Source: a virus (taxonomy: Duplodnaviria > Caudoviricetes). From it: a stretch of DNA of 30,596 nt. The notes below the pieces were generated by a model. The model made no database searches, was not told where the DNA came from, and saw only the letters and a list, made by a program, of their open reading frames with translations. A program made the position numbers and the translations under genes. Location of the stretch: IMG/VR virus record IMGVR_UViG_3300012953_000131, positions 1-30,596 of that record; one strand, 5' to 3'. How positions within the stretch are numbered: position 1 is the stretch's first letter; every line of letters starts with the position of its first letter. Below are positions 27,045-30,596 of this stretch, piece after piece.

Positions 27045-27688
27045 AATTAATCTCAGAAGAAATCGAAGCAGTAGAGGTTCTTACCGAAGAAAAAAACGGC
27101 AAGAAAACTCTGTATATTACAGGACCATTTCTGCAAGCAGAGGTGGTGAATCGTAATAAACGATTCTATGGATTAGATACGATGATCAAAGAAGTAAGTC
27201 GTTATAACGAATCCTTTACTAATAAGGGTCGTGCCCTCGGTGAGTTAGGTCATCCAGATGGTCCACAAATAAATCTTGATCGTGTTTCACATAAAATCGT
27301 CTCTCTTACTCAAGAGGGAAATAATTTTATGGGTAAAGCACAAATCCTATCAACCCCAATGGGTAAGATCGCAGAATCTCTTCTAAAAGAAGGTGTCAAA
27401 CTTGGCGTTTCTTCTAGAGGAATGGGTTCAATTCAAAATGTTGACGGTGTAAATCACGTCGGTGAAGACTTCATGCTTGCCACTGCTGCTGACATTGTAG
27501 CAGATCCAAGTGCACCAGATGCTTTCGTAGATGGCATCATGGAAGGTAAGGAATGGGTATGGGAAGGAAGCGTTTTGCGTGAAATGCGTTGCAACGAAGT
27601 TAAGAAGTCTATAAATAACTTAGTAGATCAGGAAATCTTAGAGGCAAACAAGTTGCGTCTCTTTGCAGACTTCTTATCTAACTTATAA
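27041..27688 (+). CDS. g21: Prohead protease gp21
   Basis: MKLISE start at 27041 (ATGA overlap); ALGELGHP, GVSSRGMGS, ADIVADPSAPDAFV. Confidence 0.96.
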   Translation: MKLISEEIEAVEVLTEEKNGKKTLYITGPFLQAEVVNRNKRFYGLDTMIKEVSRYNESFTNKGRALGELGHPDGPQINLDRVSHKIVSLTQEGNNFMGKAQILSTPMGKIAESLLKEGVKLGVSSRGMGSIQNVDGVNHVGEDFMLATAADIVADPSAPDAFVDGIMEGKEWVWEGSVLREMRCNEVKKSINNLVDQEILEANKLRLFADFLSNL

Positions 27689-27691
27689 ATA
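27684..27691 (+). promoter_or_regulatory. T4-type late promoter (TATAAATA, perfect) for g22
   Basis: Exact consensus overlapping the g21 stop. Confidence 0.8.
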
Positions 27692-27733
27692 ATAATATTA
27701 TTAACACAATTCTAGGTACTCTCGGAAATCCAA

Positions 27734-28807
27734 ATGACCGATAATAAAGAACTACATGAGATGGACAATCAGGTAACTAAGGGTGCTAAACCAGCAGATC
27801 CAATGCCAAAGGCTCCGTCCTACGTCCCAGACGCAGGTGCGGTTGAAGATCTTGGTGGTCCAACTCCTCAGAATGCCAAACCTACTGACAACAGTAATAA
27901 GCTAAAAACTCCATCCGCAAAATTCGCCCAAACGGGTGACCCGCAGACGAAAGGTGCTGCTGGTGCAACAACTCTTCCTGGTCCTGCTGCTATCAAATCC
28001 TCTGGATATGGTAACGGTGCTAACGAAGAAGTTGAAACTGATGAGACTATAGTCTCTGAAGGAGAAGCAACTGAGGAATCGGTTATTCAAGAAGAAGAAT
28101 TAGATCTTTCACAAGATGTACAGGCACTTCTTGAAGGCGAAGAACTTTCCGAAGAGTTTCAAGAAAAAGCAAAGACTGTCTTTGAGGCAGTTGTTAAAAC
28201 CAGAATTGCAGATGCTAAGGCTGCAATGACTGAAAAGTTTGATGCTAGACTCGTCGAAGACGTGGAAGCAATCAGAACAGAATTAACTGAAAGAGTTGAT
28301 TCATACTTAGATTACGTTTGCAATGAGTGGATCAATGAGAACACTCTACAAGTGCAAACTGGAATCAGAGACGAACTCTCTGAGTCCTTCATGACTGGTC
28401 TCAAGGGACTTTTTGAAGAACATTATGTAGAAATCCCTGAAGAAAAATACAATGTGCTTGAGGCTATGGTCGAGAAATTAGATGAAATGGAGACCAAACT
28501 CAATGAGCAGATTGATAGTAACGTTGTTCTAACGAAGCGTTTATCAGTATCTGTCTCAGACAACATCCTCGATGAGGTATGTGAGGGTCTTGCACTTTCC
28601 CAAAAGGAAAAGATTGCAGGTCTTGCTGAAGGTGTTGAGTTTGAAAGCGAAGAACAGTACCGTGGAAAACTGTCTACTCTAAGAGAAACATATTTCTCAA
28701 AGAAACCAGTAGCAGAATCCCAAGAGGTTATCTCTGAAGATGCTCCTGTTGAGCAGGAATCTCCAAGAATGGAATCTTACATCAGAGCTCTTAACCAGTT
28801 CAACTAA
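27734..28807 (+). CDS. g22: Prohead core scaffold protein gp22
   Basis: Acidic coiled coil; LSEEFQEKAKTVFEA, VDSYLDYV..EW, GLKGLFEEHY; synteny. Confidence 0.93.
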   Translation: MTDNKELHEMDNQVTKGAKPADPMPKAPSYVPDAGAVEDLGGPTPQNAKPTDNSNKLKTPSAKFAQTGDPQTKGAAGATTLPGPAAIKSSGYGNGANEEVETDETIVSEGEATEESVIQEEELDLSQDVQALLEGEELSEEFQEKAKTVFEAVVKTRIADAKAAMTEKFDARLVEDVEAIRTELTERVDSYLDYVCNEWINENTLQVQTGIRDELSESFMTGLKGLFEEHYVEIPEEKYNVLEAMVEKLDEMETKLNEQIDSNVVLTKRLSVSVSDNILDEVCEGLALSQKEKIAGLAEGVEFESEEQYRGKLSTLRETYFSKKPVAESQEVISEDAPVEQESPRMESYIRALNQFN

Positions 28808-28844
28808 ATTAACTAAAACTTATTTCCCCTAAAGGAAGACAAAC

Positions 28845-30260
28845 ATGTTTAATTCTTCTCAATTGCAGAAGAAGTGGCAACCCCTCCTAGAAGCAGAAGG
28901 AATCGATAAGATTCAGGATACTCATAGGAAAGCGGTTACTGCCCAACTTCTAGAAAACCAAGAGAGATTTTTAAAGGAAGAGCGTGCGTTCTTGACAGAA
29001 GCACCTCCTACAACATCATTAGGTGGTGGTGGAGCATCTGCAGGTACTCCAGGTTTCAGTGGTGGATCTACTGATGCTGGTCCTGTTGCTGGTTTCGACC
29101 CCGTTCTAATCAGTTTGATTCGTCGTGCAATGCCTAACTTGGTGGCATACGACCTTGCTGGTGTTCAGCCGATGAATGGTCCTACTGGACTAATCTTCGC
29201 AATGAGAACCAGATACGACAATCAGTCTGGAACAGAAGCATTCTTCAACGAACCAGATTCTGCCTTCTCTGCTCAAGACGATAATGCATCTCTTGCACAG
29301 GGCGACTATGCACTAAACACAGTTGACGGTGGAACTGACGTTGGTTTCGGTACAACTGCACAGTCTGGTACTAACCCTTCAATCCTTAACGGTGGTGCTG
29401 CTAACGCATACAACACTGGACAAGGTTTTGATGCAACAGCTCTTGAATCATTAGGAGACGCTGCTGGTAATGACTTCCGTGAGATGTCATTCAGCATCGA
29501 GAAGGTTACCGTTGCTGCTCGCTCAAGAGCACTCAAGGCAGAGTACAGTTTAGAACTTGCTCAAGACTTGAAGGCAATCCACGGTTTAGACGCTGAAGCT
29601 GAACTAGCAAATATCCTTTCAACAGAGATACTTGCTGAGATCAACAGAGAAATCATCCGTACAATCTACAAGGTTGCAAGACCTGGTGCTCAGACAAACA
29701 CTGCGAACACTGGTATCTTCGACTTAGACGTTGACTCTAACGGAAGATGGATGGTTGAGAAATTCAAGGGAATGATGTTCCAACTTGAAAGAGATGCCAA
29801 CGCAATCGCACAAGAAACTCGTCGTGGAAAGGGTAACATACTCCTTTGCTCTGCCGACGTTGCTTCTGCACTTGCTGCTGCTGGACAGTTGGATTATACA
29901 CCTGCACTATCTGCAAACTTAACAGTTGACGATACAGGTAACACATTCGCTGGAGTTCTTAACGGACGCTTCAAGGTCTACATCGATCCTTTCGCTGCTA
30001 ACCTAAGTGCTGATCAGTACTATGTAATGGGTTATAAAGGTTCTTCACCTTATGACGCTGGACTGTTCTACTGCCCATACGTTCCTCTACAGATGGTTCG
30101 TGCAGTTGGTCAGGACACATTCCAACCAAAAATTGGATTCAAGACTCGCTACGGCATGGTTTCTAACCCATATGCTGAAGGCACAACTCAAGGTCTTGGA
30201 CGCATTACTGCTGGTTCTAACCGTTACTACAGACGTGTTAAGGTACAAAACCTCATGTAA
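28845..30260 (+). CDS. g23: Major capsid protein gp23
   Basis: GVQPMNGPTGLIFAMR, SRALKAEYSLELAQDLKAIHGLDAE, GLFYCPYVPL, FQPKIGFKTRYG. Confidence 0.98.
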   Translation: MFNSSQLQKKWQPLLEAEGIDKIQDTHRKAVTAQLLENQERFLKEERAFLTEAPPTTSLGGGGASAGTPGFSGGSTDAGPVAGFDPVLISLIRRAMPNLVAYDLAGVQPMNGPTGLIFAMRTRYDNQSGTEAFFNEPDSAFSAQDDNASLAQGDYALNTVDGGTDVGFGTTAQSGTNPSILNGGAANAYNTGQGFDATALESLGDAAGNDFREMSFSIEKVTVAARSRALKAEYSLELAQDLKAIHGLDAEAELANILSTEILAEINREIIRTIYKVARPGAQTNTANTGIFDLDVDSNGRWMVEKFKGMMFQLERDANAIAQETRRGKGNILLCSADVASALAAAGQLDYTPALSANLTVDDTGNTFAGVLNGRFKVYIDPFAANLSADQYYVMGYKGSSPYDAGLFYCPYVPLQMVRAVGQDTFQPKIGFKTRYGMVSNPYAEGTTQGLGRITAGSNRYYRRVKVQNLM

Positions 30261-30283
30261 GCGAGATGCTTATATTTCTTACG

Positions 30284-30312
30284 AGAGACTCCTTTTAGGG
30301 GTCTCTTTTTTT
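30284..30312 (+). terminator. Rho-independent terminator after g23
   Basis: Stem agagactcc / ggggtctct with loop tttta, followed by a T run. Confidence 0.88.
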
Positions 30313-30313
30313 A

Positions 30314-30322
30314 TGTTATAAT
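30314..30322 (+). promoter_or_regulatory. Sigma70-like extended -10 (TGtTATAAT)
   Basis: Immediately after the terminator and 4 nt before ATG 30327. Confidence 0.5.
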
Positions 30323-30326
30323 AACT

Positions 30327-30596
30327 ATGACTGACAAACATCCAAATGGTTATACTAAGGAGATGATCAGGGAGATTCTTGGTACATCATGTCCAGAGTG
30401 GGATGAAAATTATGAGACTGGTAATCAATTAAGAAGAAGAAAAGGTAATGAGATGAGAGCAGGGTTGAGACCTTATCCAAAGTATCCATCAAAGGAGTCA
30501 AGGATAGCAGACACTTCAGGTATGTTTGATGAGAATGGACAATATGTTTACCCTGAAGGTAGTGGATTTAATTGGGTGGAGAAATGTGATCCTAAT
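30327..30596 (+). CDS. Hypothetical protein, 3'-truncated by the window edge
   Basis: Not in the ORF track. Open for 90 codons: MTDKHPNGYTKEMIREILGTSCPEWDENYETGNQLRRRKG... Confidence 0.7.
   Translation, partial: MTDKHPNGYTKEMIREILGTSCPEWDENYETGNQLRRRKGNEMRAGLRPYPKYPSKESRIADTSGMFDENGQYVYPEGSGFNWVEKCDPN

Noticed and set aside
22979-29946. Antisense ORFs within g18, g20, the gp67-like gene, g22 and g23
   Set aside because: They lie wholly or almost wholly inside well-supported genes on the opposite strand and have no independent support.
30052-30321. 89-aa alternate-frame ORF over the end of g23
   Set aside because: It overlaps g23 and runs through its terminator; it is a shadow ORF.

Overview
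This window is the virion-structural region of a T4-like cyanomyophage (P-SSM2-like; probable Prochlorococcus or Synechococcus host). The call rests on the intact gene order g13-g14-g15-g16-g17-g18-g19-g20-g21-g22-g23, T4-type late promoter motifs ((T)ATAAATA) and a clear pebS auxiliary metabolic gene. The left third holds small virion/tail genes and a 1397-aa repeat-built tail fibre. Between that fibre gene and a second fibre-like gene lies a ~5.7 kb accessory enzyme island. It encodes four divergent sulfotransferase-fold proteins (two paralog pairs), a GDS(W)/SGNH-like protein, a SAM methyltransferase, a di-iron ferritin-like enzyme with its own late promoter, two unlisted small ORFs and pebS. 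Two further insertions interrupt the core module: a Lys-rich modular protein between g16 and g17, possibly a gp21-processed internal-head polyprotein, and a split SPASM/Twitch plus radical SAM pair between g17 and g18. No tRNA, CRISPR, intron or intein was recognised. All family calls come from motif recognition by eye, not from database searches.
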